DNA of 64,000 bases from Octopus vulgaris (lineage: Eukaryota): positions 24,304,001 through 24,368,000 of the forward strand of contig OX597820.1 in assembly GCA_951406725.2 (NCBI GenBank), in the 5' to 3' direction. How positions within the stretch are numbered: position 1 is the first letter of the stretch; the number at the start of each line of letters is the position of its first letter. Under the pieces are notes generated by a model. That model saw only the letters and a program-made list of their open reading frames with translations. It made no database searches and had not been told where the DNA came from. Shown in pieces: positions 27,230-41,682 of the stretch. The position numbers and the translations under genes are program-made.

Positions 27230-28385
27230 CATTTTTGTATTGTGTTTCTCACTTGTTTACTCATTTAGTGTATGAGAGACCTTCACTGGCTCGTCCTGTG
27301 TATAAAGGCTCATTTCATTGATTCATTCATTGTATCGTGTCTCTTCTTCTTTGTCTCAATGTGCAGTAGCCCTTCGTTGACTTATTTATTGTGCAGTGTC
27401 TCTCTTTTGTCCGCACATTTAATGTATAGAAGCTCCGCATTGGGTCGTTCGCTCTGTCACTGTATAATGTCACACATTTTACTCACCCTACACCCAATTA
27501 GTTCGTTCGTGGTGTAGCGGGACCCATACCCTTTGGCTCATTCATTGTCTAGTACAGTGGTTCCCAATCTATATTTTGCCTATGGACCCCTTTGGTTTAT
27601 ACTTTACTCAGATGGACCCCCATAGCCTTTCGATATTTGAAATAAAAACATATTTTAATAATTAGATATTATTCGGAATTGTAAAAAGAATATTGTTAAA
27701 ATATTTTATGCATTGTGTAACAATAACCACCTTTATCAACAAAAAAATCTTATGTGGACTCTTAAGGGTCATGTGGACTCCCGTTGAGAACTACTGGACT
27801 AGTGTATCCCTTTTGTTTCTTCATTCAGTATATAAAAGCCCCTCATTGCTTGTTTCGTTCTAGTGTACACCTTTTAATCATTGAATGCATGGAAGCTTCT
27901 CATTGATGAATCAGTGTATAGTCTCTCCTTCATTTACTCATACAGTGTACGGAAAGCCGTCATTGGCTCATTAAGTGTTTGGAGGCTGACCTCGTTGGCT
28001 CATTCATTGTAAAATAGTTCCACTTCTTTTACTCACGCAGTCTATAGAAGCTCTTTGTTGACTCCTTCAGTGTATAGTATCTGCTCTTAGTTTACTAATT
28101 CAACGAACAGAATCACCATATTGGCGAATTCGGTGCATACTGTCGCCCTCTTCGTTTACTTTTTATTCAATGCATAGAAGCTTCTGGTTGGATCGTTCAG
28201 TGTGTAGAACTCAGCCTCGTTGGCACATTCAATACTCCGAAAATTCCTCTATTTTGTTGACTCGTTCGGTATGTAGAGGTGTCCATGGATATTTGCGTGT
28301 ATAGAAATCGCCTCACCTCGCTAGTGATTATTTCAGAAGAGAATACCTTGCCTTGTTAATTCATTCTGTGTAGAGCTCTGCCACG
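27230..28385. repeat. Degenerate minisatellite of roughly 30-33-nt units (cctcgttggctcattcagtgtatagaagct-like)
   Basis: Recurrent ttggctcatt / gtgtatag(aagct or tgtct) motifs along about 1.1 kb. Confidence 0.7.
27555..27796. mobile_element. hAT-type MITE
   Basis: TIRs cagtggttcccaa / ttgagaactactg; 8-bp flanks gtctagta / gactagtg (6 of 8 match). Confidence 0.75.
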
Positions 28386-28502
28386 TTCCCCCAATACGTA
28401 AGTTAGAATTTCCTGGTATGAATATAAAAAGGATGTAATGGAACATTTGACTGTACCCGTCCCTTGAATATTACTGCTACGAACTTAAATCCATTCCTGA
28501 AA

Positions 28503-28972
28503 GTTCTAAAATATTGGCTTCAAATTTTTGTATAAGGACAATTACCTCGGGGAGGGTTGAGTAGATTACATTGACCCCAGTGTTCAAATAGTACTTATTT
28601 TATCAACTCCCAGAGGATGAGGGGTAAAGTCAATTTCGGCCGAATTTGAACTCAGAACATAAAGACAGACGAAATGCCGCTAAGCAGTTTTCCCGGCATG
28701 CCAACGATTCTGCCAGCTCGCCGCCTTAATGGTCTGAAATATTGGTTTCAAATATCGGCAAAAGCCCAGCGATTTTCGGGAAGATGGGTAGACGATTACA
28801 TAGACCCCAATGCTTAACTGACACTTATTTCATTGAACCCGAAAGGATGAAAGGCAAAGTCGACCTCGGTGGAATTTGAACTAGAACGTAGAGACGGACA
28901 AAATGCCGCTAAGTATTTTCTTCGGCTTGTCAACGATTCGGCCAGCTCGTCGCCTTAAGGTTCTGAGATATT
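28503..28972 (-). mobile_element. Two tandem SINE family A copies
   Basis: About 230-bp period, each copy bounded by a tctgaaatatt-like flank. Confidence 0.85.
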
Positions 28973-29134
28973 AAGTTGACAGTGTTATTTGTATTTCAGA
29001 AAATAGCGAATCGAACCCAAAATACCACAAGCCAATTAGTTCCTCACTCTTGTTTCTGCGAATTCAACACGAGCCTAAGGTAAATGAATATTTCACGATC
29101 TAACTAGTAAAGTTGCGGGGTGGGGGGTGATCTT

Positions 29135-29298
29135 AGGCGTAGGAGTGGCTGTGTGGTAAGTAGCTTGCTTACGAACCACACGGTTCCGGGTTCAGTCCCA
29201 CTGCGTGGCACCTTACCCAAGTGTCTACTACTATAGCCTCGGGCCGACCAAAGCCTTGTGAGTGGATTTGGTAGACGGAAACTGAAAGAAGCCCGTCG

Positions 29299-29339
<41 letters not shown>

Positions 29340-29578
29340 GTGTGTCTGTGGTTGTTTGTGCGTTTGTGTGTGTTTGTGTGTCTGTGTTTGTCTCCCCAAC
29401 AACGCTTGACAACTGATGCTGGTGTGTCTACGTCCCCGTAACTTAACGGTTCGGTAAAAGAGACCGATAGAATAAGTACTAGGGTTACAAAGAATAAGTC
29501 CTGGGGTCGATTTGCTCGACTAAAGGCGGTGTTCCATTGTGGCCACAGTCAAATGACTAAAACAAGTAAGAGTAAAAG
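29135..29578 (+). mobile_element. SINE family B, full length with internal (TA)/(TG) tract
   Basis: ggcgtaggagtggctgtgtggtaag head, gggttcagtccc B box, tail aaatgactaaaacaagtaagag. Confidence 0.92.
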
Positions 29579-30223
29579 TGTAATCGACCTGCTAAAGATA
29601 GAAACCACTAATAACGTCTTTCAATTAACACTCATCCGTCTTAAAACTGGTTATATACAAGACGTAAGATAACGTATTCTGGATACACTTAGAAAGACGG
29701 GATGGTCATAGATTTCCTCGAACAAGGTTAGCCATCGTCTAAACAGCAACAAAAACAAAGCGCAACAGTAACAACATCAACAACTGTTTTATAATTTCAT
29801 TGGAACGATAATAGAGGTGCTGCAATGATTGCAACAATACATTGCCGGACAAAACAGCTTGCAGTATTTATAATTATATCAGTTTGCGTGCAGCAATCAT
29901 AGCCTGCGCAGGATGAGATAGTTTTTCGCTCAGCCAGAGTCGATAGAATCTATAGCAGTGTCCATTCAAATAGACTATAGGTCTTCTTCTCAATAAATGT
30001 GTAGGCTAATGCCAATATCAGACATCATTAATTATAACAATAGATGTCGATGTTAATATATTGATTGCAAACATAAATAAACGCGAAGACTACAGAGTTG
30101 AACAGAAGCAGGAGACGGGAGTAGTAAATGATATACATACATACATTCATACATACATACATACATACATTCATACATGCATATATATATATGTATATAT
30201 ATATATATACACAAATATATATG

Positions 30224-30255
<32 letters not shown>

Positions 30256-30302
30256 TATATATACATATACATATATATATATATACATACACATACATAT
30301 AC

Positions 30303-30398
<96 letters not shown>

Positions 30399-30401
30399 GG
30401 G

Positions 30402-30444
<43 letters not shown>

Positions 30445-30705
30445 ATATATATATACATATATATATATTGTCATATATATATATACATATATATATATGC
30501 AAATATATATATGTGTGAGGTGCGCGCGCGCGTGTGTGTGGATTCGCGTGGCTTAGTGGTTAGGGTGTCAGCACCATGATAGTATGATTGTGGTTTCGGT
30601 TCCTGGACCGGCGTCCCGTCCAGGTGGGGGACACATACGCCATAGAAAACGGGAAACCGGGCCCATGAGTCTGGCTAGGCTTTAAAAAAGGGCGCATTTA
30701 TTTAT

Positions 30706-30740
<35 letters not shown>

Positions 30741-31089
30741 ATGTGTGTGTATCATGTATATTACATATATGTGAGTATGTATGTGCGTGTGTGTGTGTGT
30801 ATGGTGTGTTTTGTGTGTGTGTAGGTAATGTACGAAAGGTTGAGAGGGACCATGAGATTCCAGGTTCAGTCCTGCATGGGAAAATATAATTTTCTACGGC
30901 TTCGAGCTGACCTGTACCTTATGAGTGGAAATGAGTATGCAGTTTCTACATAGTGTCCTTTATATAAGAAATTGTACAATACATACATACATACATACAT
31001 ACATACATACATACATACATACATACATACATACACACACTCACATTTATATATTTGCATATGTGAGTGTGTGCATATGGGTATAAATA

Positions 31090-31580
31090 AGGCGGTAAGC
31101 TGGCAGAATAGTGGAGGCGCGTGGCTTAGTGGTTAGGGCGTTGAAATCATGATCGTAAGGCTGTGGTTTCGATTCCTGGACCGCGCAATGCATTGTGTTC
31201 TTGAGCAAAACACTTCATTTCACGTTGCTCCAGTCCACTCAGCTGGCAAAAATGAGTAATCCTGCGACGGACCGGCGTCCCGTCCAGGTGGGGAATTTAT
31301 ACATCACTGAAACCGGGAAACCGGCCCTTGTGAGCCTGGAATGGCTCGAGGAGGAACAATTATGTTTTTTTAAGCTGGCAGAATCGTTAGCGCGCTGGGC
31401 AAAACGCTTAGCAGCATTTCGTCCGTCTTTAAGGTCTGAGTTCAAATTCCACCGAGGTTGACTTCGCCTTTTATTGTTTTCGGGTCGATAAAATAAGTAC
31501 CAGTTGAACACTGGGGTCCATGTAATTGATTTAGCCCCTATCCAGAAATCGATAGCCTCGTGCCAAGGTTTGAAACCAAA
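31090..31580 (+). mobile_element. SINE family A interrupted by a family C-related SINE (about 31110-31370)
   Basis: 14-bp TSD taagctggcagaat at 31096-31109 and 31371-31384. Confidence 0.9.
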
Positions 31581-32558
31581 ATTGAAGGGACGTAACTAAT
31601 TACTGCAAGGCGACTTGTCCTGCGCTTTACTGTTTGTGCCCTCCACCACTCTTCATTTTTCATGTCATATATGGCATGCATCAAGGATAACTCGCCATGT
31701 AACAAACAATGATACACACCAGTTACTACTGCGAAGCGCACAAATTATTGTTTTAATTACAAAGGAAAGAATTTTCTTCATTCTTCTTCGTAATTAGAAA
31801 TGCAAAAGGAAATTAATTATTTTTGATTAACTAAATGTAATAAGCAATGCTCTGTCTTTCCTTTTTTTTTTCGATATCATTTTTTCTCGTTGAGTTTATA
31901 ATAGAAAGAGCGATACTGATAATGAAAAGAATATTAAAAGAAAAACCACGGCACAGTAACAGGCAGCAGCAGCAGTAATAATAATAGTAGTAGTAGTGGT
32001 GGTGGTGGTGATGCTAGCGGTAGTAATAGTAGAAGTCGTGGTGGTAGTAATGGTGGTAGTGGTGGTGGTGGTGGCTGTGGTGGTAACAGTAGTTGTTTAT
32101 AATATTTTTTCCCCTAAAGGAAAAACAAGTGTAAAACAAGTGAAATGATGGAAGACGAGATGAAAGATATGAAATAATGATGCTGTTTATATCCTAGGTC
32201 AGCCTGATTGAGTTAACCTATTATCAAAGGTTTTCCTGAAATAGCATATCAAGGACTACAAGTTCATCTTGAAATTTGGTTACTGTTTGCAGCAGTTTTA
32301 TTTTTTATCGTCCTTATAGGAGCAACCTTCTTTGCTCGGCAAAATAATGAATTGGAACAAAATTACAAACTTTAGTGACAGGTGTTGTCGGTTTTAGGGA
32401 TGAGTTTTAAGGAGCAAATCGATAGAGCTGCGAGAACTTGGATAATAGAATAGAATTCCTCGTAGTATTTCTTCCGGCGCTCTGCGCTTTGAGTTCAAAT
32501 CTCGCCGAGGGCAAACTTTACCTTTAATCCTTTCTGGCGTCTGTAACAAAGAACCAAC

Positions 32559-32639
32559 CCGTGCCAGTGTCAGACGAGATACTTTACGATATCTGCACCG
32601 ACCCCTTTGGATTCTAAACAGCAACATCTGCGACAACAT
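32559..32639 (-). CDS. Candidate alternative first coding exon MLSQMLLFRIQRGRCRYRKVSRLTLAR, phase 0
   Basis: Unique, more GC-rich island at 32560-32850. Donor CGG|gttggt; Inr-like TCAGT (32813-32809), CCAAT and a TC/GA repeat upstream. Upstream ATGs weaken the call. Confidence 0.3.
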
Positions 32640-32912
32640 TGGTGCCAAATGAATCCTCTTTCAAGCGGTGACTTTTCCTTTGGAGAAAATCGATGCCGTG
32701 GAGACGTATGTTTACATGCGTGGGCTTCTGTCAGTCTTGCACAGAATCTTCTATGATTTCCGTATACAAATATAAAAATTAGCCCTGACAGTGTCATCCT
32801 CACCGCCTACTGACCATCCATCTCGCTGAACGCTCCCGACAATTGATTGGTATCTATTATATTTATTACATCAAACCAGAGAGAACGAACGAGAGAGAGA
32901 GAGAAAAAGAAC

Positions 32913-32945
<33 letters not shown>

Positions 32946-33348
32946 TGAGTGAGAGAGGGAGGGAGGGAGGGAGAGAGTAATGTGTTGGTGTGTGTGGTTA
33001 AGAAGCCTGCTTCACATCCATATGGCTACAAGTTGGTTCTCGCTGGTTGGCACCTTAGGCAAGCCTCGAATCAATTAGTGCCATGTTGAACATTTAGAAT
33101 GGTTCAGATAAGAATAATACCGAAATGTATGTTTATATTTACGAAAGGGAAACATAAATATGATATGTATGTATATATATATAGCTCTCCCTCTCTTCAT
33201 CCCCTTCTCTCTGTCTTAATATATATATATATCTTTATGTATTTATTAATTTAGATCCAGTTGAATCGAAGTATTTTAATAATGGCACTTAAGATCGAGA
33301 ATAGCACACCTGCGTATTAACAGTATATATACACTAGAATCTATCCTA

Positions 33349-33680
<332 letters not shown>

Positions 33681-33684
33681 TATA

Positions 33685-33877
33685 CAGGGTGGCCCAAACG
33701 TAGGTTTACAGTTATCACGTTGGCACTTTAAATTTCTTTTAAAACATTTTATTACATTAAAATTTCTATCTTACAATAATATTGTTTATTCACATCTTAA
33801 ACAGACAATGTTTAATCTCTCAGGGGCTCAAAATGTTCTCCTTCAATATTGCAACATTCTTCAAACCTCTTCAGAAT
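33685..33877 (-). mobile_element. Truncated 3' end of a Tc1/mariner element
   Basis: TA|cagggtggcccaaa terminus; C-terminal relic LKRFEECCNIEGEHFEPL. Confidence 0.7.
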
Positions 33878-33897
33878 ACATGCATACACACACACAC

Positions 33898-33981
<84 letters not shown>

Positions 33982-34038
33982 TTACGGAGATGTACTTGCA
34001 TAGTAAGTGATCTGATCTGAGATCGCGTGCTGGAACGA

Positions 34039-34200
34039 AAACAATTGCAGCGTGGAAGGTGTTTAGAAGCCATTTAAGAAACACACAAAAACCGCTAGAT
34101 TCACTTCAACATTTAAATTTAATTTGTCAAAATATTGAAGTGAATCTAACGTTTTTTCGTATTTCTTAAATGGCTTATAAACACCTTCCACGCTGCAATT

Positions 34201-34204
<4 letters not shown>
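34039..34204. repeat. Fold-back repeat (about 75-nt arms, about 15-nt loop) ending in (TA)n
   Basis: aaacaattgcagcgtggaaggtgttt... / ...aaacaccttccacgctgcaattgttt. Confidence 0.9.
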
Positions 34205-34293
<89 letters not shown>

Positions 34294-35088
34294 CATATAG
34301 ATTATATGTACTTTCAATTAATTATTTGAATCAACGATATACCTATATATGTATGAATGAGTAAATTTGAAATAGTGTAACTTCCATTTAACTCCACTCT
34401 AACAACCTGCCCCAACCCCGCCAAAACAAATAAAAATTTAAAAAAACCCAAAAGACTTTGTAAAGGATAATTTAGCGGAGCCTTTCAGTGCGTGACTTAA
34501 TATGCTTCCTGGTTTCACACCAGTTCCTCGGCCTCATCCTGGATACTTTAAGTGTTCTTTCTGTTGCTGAAAATTATCCTTAGACCAGAGTCAGGTCTCT
34601 GGTTTAGGGTTTCCTTCGTTCTTTCCTTGCTGCTAACAGTTTTGGAGACCCTGGAAATGTCTTTGGGTGCAGTCCTTTGTTCTCTCAGTTAATCATATAA
34701 TAAATAGAATAAAATGTCAACTCTGATAAGATTTGATCTGGGAATATAACGAGATGTAACTAAATGCCCCCAAAGCATTACTGTTGGCTTATCAGTTGGT
34801 CTTGCTAATTCGTTTATTTTTCTCTCAATGAAATTTGATAACAATAACTATGAATGAATGACAAGAAGAGCAAAAAGAAGAGCCTCAAGAAAAAGAGAAA
34901 ATGGAAGATCGAAGAATGACACAGTGGTGGTGGTACTGGCGGACAGAGGGTAAGTGTGAAAGAGGGAGAGAGAGAGAGAGTAAAGAGAAATTAGACATGG
35001 AGATAGATGAACGAGATATAGATGAATGGCAAATGGAAAGGGAGAGCAAAAGAGAGAGAAATACATAGAGATACATAGAGATAGATAG

Positions 35089-35135
<47 letters not shown>

Positions 35136-35509
35136 GGAGGAAGAGAGAGATTAGAGCGTACGTTGAAAGTTGGAGATAAATATATTGGAGAAACAGAAAC
35201 TGGAAATGTTTTATATATATATATATATACAGAGAGGGGGAGAGAGACAGTAAAAGAGAGAAAGGGAGAGTGAAGGGGGGAGAGAGAGAGATGAATATAG
35301 AGAGCATCACTATGGAGAAAACTAAGATGTGCTTATGCAGTCGCTTGATTAGCTTTATCTATTGTAATTAATTGCTGTTTTTAATCGTCAAAGTGAGTAA
35401 ACTGTGAAAGTGAAGAAATAGAAACAAATAAATCAGTCGGTTCAGAAAAGGACAGTAACAGCTGAAGTCAGAGATAAACTCAGAGTAAACAGAGCAACAC
35501 CAGCAGCAA

Positions 35510-35563
<54 letters not shown>

Positions 35564-35789
35564 TAGTAGTAGTAGTGGCAGCAGATAAAACATCATCATC
35601 ATCATCATCTTCAGCAAGAGCAAAAGTAGTAATGGAGGTAACAGCGTTGTCATTTTCCTCCTCCTCCTCCTCCTCTTCCTCCTTCCCCATCATCATCATT
35701 AGCAGCAGCAGCAGTGATAGCAGTAGCAACAGTAGTGGCAGCAGCAGCAACAGCAGTTGCAGAAGCAGCAGCAGCAGCAGTAGTAATAA

Positions 35790-35835
<46 letters not shown>

Positions 35836-36364
35836 TGTTGTTATTGTTGTAGTTCGTTCTTGAATTTTACGTTATTGCCGCTGCTATTTTCATCTAGCTG
35901 CAGGTCAATCTTTATAGAATAGACCTATGGTTAAATATATTCCATATGTGACCATCTCGTCAGTTTCTAGTGCATGTGTGAGGTTGGGTTGGGTTGGGGC
36001 GGGGAGGGTATCGTCGTCGTTCGGTTTAACAACTTCCTTTGGAACTAAGAAGGAACACTGATCGAACAGGCCAGACAATCAAAGACATTCCAGGCATGAC
36101 ATCACAAAAATGTTTTTAAAGGTATGTAGGGCTGTAGATTGCTAGAATACTTAGAAAGTAGGAGCAAAATATATGGTGGTATGTGTTCTGAGTTCATATC
36201 TCACCAAGGCTGATAAAACAGAGTCACATTCAAGTACAGGGGTCGACCCAATCGACTGATCCTTTCTTCAAAATTGTTGATCTCGTGCTTAACCTTGACA
36301 TTTATTAGTCATCTGTTGGAACTGCTTTATTCAATATGCCCATTCTTTACTCTTTTCTACTCTT

Positions 36365-36732
36365 TTGGGGAACGGGATCAGTCGATTAGATCGACTCCAG
36401 TACGCAACTGGTACTTAATTTATCGACACCGAAAGGATGAAAGGCAATGTCGACCTCAACGGAATTTGAACTCAGAACGCAACGGCAGACGAAATACCTA
36501 TTTCTTTACTATCCACAAGGGGTTAAACACAGAGGGGACAAACAAGGATAGACGAACGGATTAAGTCGATTACTTCGACTCCAGTGCGTAACTGGTACTT
36601 AATTTATCGACCCCGAACGGATGAAAGGCAAAGTCGACCTCGGCGGAATTTAAGCTCAGAACGTAACGGCAGATGAAATACCGCTAAGCACTTCGCCCGG
36701 CGTGCTAACGTTTCTGCCAGCTCGCGGCCTTA
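36365..36732 (-). mobile_element. Dimeric SINE family A
   Basis: Same monomer junction as 24749-25160. Confidence 0.9.
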
Positions 36733-36935
36733 TATGCCCATTCTTTATTGAAAATAGTCCGGTGCTATGCGAGAGACATTTGGTGGTTTCTTAGATATGT
36801 TTATAGGAGATGATTTTCTTTTAACTCAGGAGAGGCACTATGCCAATAGTAAACACATACACTTCTTTTATTAGTAGTAGTGAATTAGTTAAACGTTTAC
36901 CAACTAACTAATCAATTGTTCTATTAATCGTCCGG

Positions 36936-36970
<35 letters not shown>

Positions 36971-37236
36971 ATCACCCACTCACTCACTCACTCACTCACT
37001 CACTCACTCACTCACTCACTCACTCAATCAATCAATCAATCAATCAGTCAGTCAGCTATATCTATCAAAGTCACTTCGAGACCATTCGCGACGTCATCAA
37101 TGACATACGTTCTCTATTCCAGGGTTGCTTCCGGTCTGTCTATCTGTCTGTCGGTCTTATAATTACAGGTTATATATTTATATATATTCATTGTGGGAAT
37201 AAGGTATAAGATAGAGAAAAGGTATAAGATAGGGGA

Positions 37237-37271
<35 letters not shown>

Positions 37272-37300
37272 TGTGCGTGTGTGTGCGTATGTGTGTGTGT

Positions 37301-37341
<41 letters not shown>

Positions 37342-37464
37342 TGTGTGTGTGTGTGTGTATAGGATGTGCAAGGGAGAATGAGTTCTTCCTCTGCGTGTGT
37401 CTTCAGATTTTGTTTTTAGTGGTCATCATGGTGGTCGTCAGCGTAGAAATCCTCTTTCTCCTCA

Positions 37465-37670
<206 letters not shown>

Positions 37671-38212
37671 AGAAACTGTAGAACAACAGTAACCACAACT
37701 GCAGTAACAGCAACATCAACATCGAGGGCAAAAATCCTCCACCATCATCATCCCTATCGCCACTATACCGGCATCTGTACCGCAATCATTTATTATTATT
37801 TTTATTTTTATCAAAAAAAAAAAAACACTATATGGAAGCTCCTGCTGTAACAAAATAATGTAGCTAGAATAACCAACGAAGAACGAAACGATAAACAAAA
37901 ACAAAAACAAAACAATACAAAACAAAACAAAAAAACTAATCCATCAAATATATTCGGGAGGGAAGGTAACGGACAAGGAAAGACCAGCTAGACATTTGAT
38001 TTATATATTTAGAGATATTTTGTTTTTCACTGTGTAAAATAAACATTATTATACAGAGACACGAAGGAACACAAGCAAACAGAAAAACAAATTGATGCAT
38101 GTATACAAGCATACACACACACATACACACACACACACACACACACAGATACATACTCACACGCACACGCACGCATATACATACATACATACATACATAC
38201 ATACACATATAC

Positions 38213-38265
<53 letters not shown>

Positions 38266-39839
38266 TATAAATATATATATATATAAACGATCGCGGTACA
38301 GACGCCGGTATATATATGTATGCATATATCATTTAGAAACACACACACATAACGTGTCTCTTAAGTTGGTCACGTTTTAAAATGGTGCCTTAGACGTTGA
38401 ACATCAATAAAACAAATGGTACTTCCGTCGTTGTCGACGACGATCAATAATCCAACTATTTATAAATAATAGCATGTAAGAATTAAGTAAAAAAAAACCC
38501 GTATGGTAAAAAAAAAAGTCGAAGACTGCCCGTGGGAAACGAACCCAGATCTCCTGTAGATGTTCTACCATCGTCATATCTACAGGGGATCTGTGTTCGA
38601 GTCACACAGCCAGTATTATAGGTTCATTTTAGTCGATTTACCAATCGGTCTGGGACACAAGTTGAGCTATAACCTAAGATGGTACTTTTCATATCAATGT
38701 TTTGACGAATTCTGTCTTAAGTTATCAACTAGCTCGGGTGCGAAGCCAACAGGTAAAATCGGTGGAAATGGATCTATAATACTTTAGAGATTGAATTTTT
38801 GTATAAGCAGTCTATTGACAATTTTGTGTATGCAACAGTGTCGAGTACATAATTAGGATCGATTAATTATATTCTTCCAGTATGGAATTAAAAAAAAGTT
38901 ATAATATTTCAAAATTTGTTCGTTTTATCAATTCACTCTGCCATGGACAGGTATATTGCTGCATCAAACAATTATTTGGAAGTACATAACTACGATGTAA
39001 GAACTTCGGAAATGTCTACGGAAACTAACAATTCCGAAAGTTTATTATAACTACGAAGTAAGAACTTCAGAAATGTCTACGGAAAACTAACAATTCCGAC
39101 AGTTTATTCAATATTTTCATCTTCAAATAATATCAAATCAATAATTTCTTATTAAATCAAGATTTTTGCAGTACAGTTTAATTGACACGCTACCACGGCC
39201 ATTGGGTTTTAGATGTTACCATTTCTATTTCTTTAAAAAAAAATCAGAAATGTTTAGTGAAGCCGCCAGCAAATTTTCTTTTAGGTATCTTAACCGTATT
39301 TATATGTTTGCCAAAAGCGAATTTAAAAGCTATTCTCGTTTACAGCGATGCATTTCCCGAGGCATACTTAATGTTGGTTTCAAGTTGATAGCAACAGGTT
39401 AGAGCTTTTTCCTTACTATTAACGTGAATATCGCTTGGAGCAGTGCAATTATAAAATGGGGAAGAAGCTGAGAAGCATTGTTCCTGAATATGTTTCTGAA
39501 ATTAGGATAATTAACAGGAGATGCGAAATTATATATATCGTTCAAATTTTCGCTGCAAATTTGGTATAAGCGAGAAATTATCGATAATGTTTTGATATGA
39601 CAATGGATTAAATGAACGTTAAAAAATGTTAGGTTATTGTGAATATTTTTCGCAGTTCTACTTTGTAATTAAGTACAACCAAATTGTTGAGTGAATCACT
39701 AAGTCTAAAAACTGTAAGAAGAATATAAACATTAATATATACAAACTTTACTCCTGCTTTTAAGGATATCTAAACATTATAAGCTAAATGTTTTGCACTA
39801 TTATTATCTTCACGTATATGCTATAGTCATCATACAATA

Positions 39840-39888
<49 letters not shown>

Positions 39889-39901
39889 TATATATATATA
39901 C

Positions 39902-39935
<34 letters not shown>

Positions 39936-40009
39936 ACATCTAATATAGGATAAAATTTTTCGAAAAAAGTTCTATCAATGGCCAGCATATTAAAAAATAC
40001 CTTTAAAGG

Positions 40010-40156
<147 letters not shown>

Positions 40157-40186
40157 CTGGGCCAATAATGGCCGAAACCTATCAAA

Positions 40187-40278
<92 letters not shown>

Positions 40279-40289
40279 ATATATATGTA

Positions 40290-40320
<31 letters not shown>

Positions 40321-40331
40321 ATATATATGTA

Positions 40332-40362
<31 letters not shown>

Positions 40363-40414
40363 ATGTATATATGTATATATATATAAATATGTATATATAT
40401 ATATATGTATATGC

Positions 40415-40446
<32 letters not shown>

Positions 40447-40461
40447 GCATATATATATATA

Positions 40462-40505
<44 letters not shown>

Positions 40506-40631
40506 TATATATATATGTATATATATATATATGTATATATATATCTATCTATCTATCTATCTATCTATATATATATATGTATATATCTATCTATCTATCT
40601 ATCTATATATATATATGTATCTATCTATCTA

Positions 40632-40662
<31 letters not shown>

Positions 40663-40673
40663 ATATCTATCTA

Positions 40674-40786
<113 letters not shown>

Positions 40787-40909
40787 ATATATACATAGTT
40801 AATCCAAACAAGAACAAAGAGAAAGCACAACAACGCAAGGACGTGGAACAAATATAGTGTTATTGGACGCTCAGGAAAGGAAAGAAAGAAGGAAGATTTA
40901 ACGAACACT

Positions 40910-41016
40910 AGCATAGGTGTGGCTGTGTGATAAGAAGTTTGCTTTTCAACTACATGGTTCCTGGTTCAGTCCCATTGTGTGGTAACTTAGGCAAGTGAAG
41001 TTTACTATAGCTCCTG

Positions 41017-41100
<84 letters not shown>

Positions 41101-41117
41101 ATATATATATATATATT

Positions 41118-41174
<57 letters not shown>

Positions 41175-41452
41175 GTGTGTGTATATATATATATATGTAT
41201 ATCTATGTGTGTGCGTGTATATATATATATATCTGTGTGTATGTGTGTCTTTCTGTCTGTATTTGGTCCCCCCACCCACCGATTAACAACCGGTGGTGGT
41301 ATGTTTGCATCCATGTAACCTAGCGGTTCGGTAAATGAGACAATTGACTAAGTACCAGACTTTAAAAAATAAGTACTGGCGTCAATTAATTAACTAAAAA
41401 TTCAAGCTGGTGCCCCAGCATGGCCGCAGTCTTATGACTGAAACAAGTAAAG
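40910..41452 (+). mobile_element. SINE family B with expanded internal microsatellite
   Basis: Head at about 40910-41012 and tail at about 41250-41452. Confidence 0.8.
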
Positions 41453-41522
41453 GATATATGATGCATACGTATGCACACATATTTTATTAGAATTATATAT
41501 ATTATATACGTTTATCGTATGT

Positions 41523-41682
41523 ATAAGTGGTATGATCAATAAGTATCCGGACTGTTGCCATATTAACGAAGCTGAGGCACGCAAAGTTGAGCCGCTTGGC
41601 ACTGATTGACCTTAAACTCTGCTGTGCATGTGCAGTAAGTTTTAACGTTCTAGCTCACTTCCGCTGTTTACAGCAGTGCTTG
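41523..41682 (+). mobile_element. Mariner-like terminal fragment
   Basis: ta...tgatcaataagtatccggactg mariner-type terminus; no partner TIR seen. Confidence 0.45.

Noticed and set aside
27230-28385. CRISPR-like array
   Set aside because: Eukaryotic context, units are diverged along their whole length with no constant repeat/unique spacer pattern, and no cas genes.
32570-32803. 77-aa Cys-rich ORF (…WHQCCRRCCC…)
   Set aside because: No recognisable family, weak start context and a poor donor (ATC|gtaaag); treated as a possible uORF or chance.
38426-38442. miR-981-like TCGTTGTCGACGA
   Set aside because: Only partial match, explained by a short local palindrome; no pre-miRNA stem.
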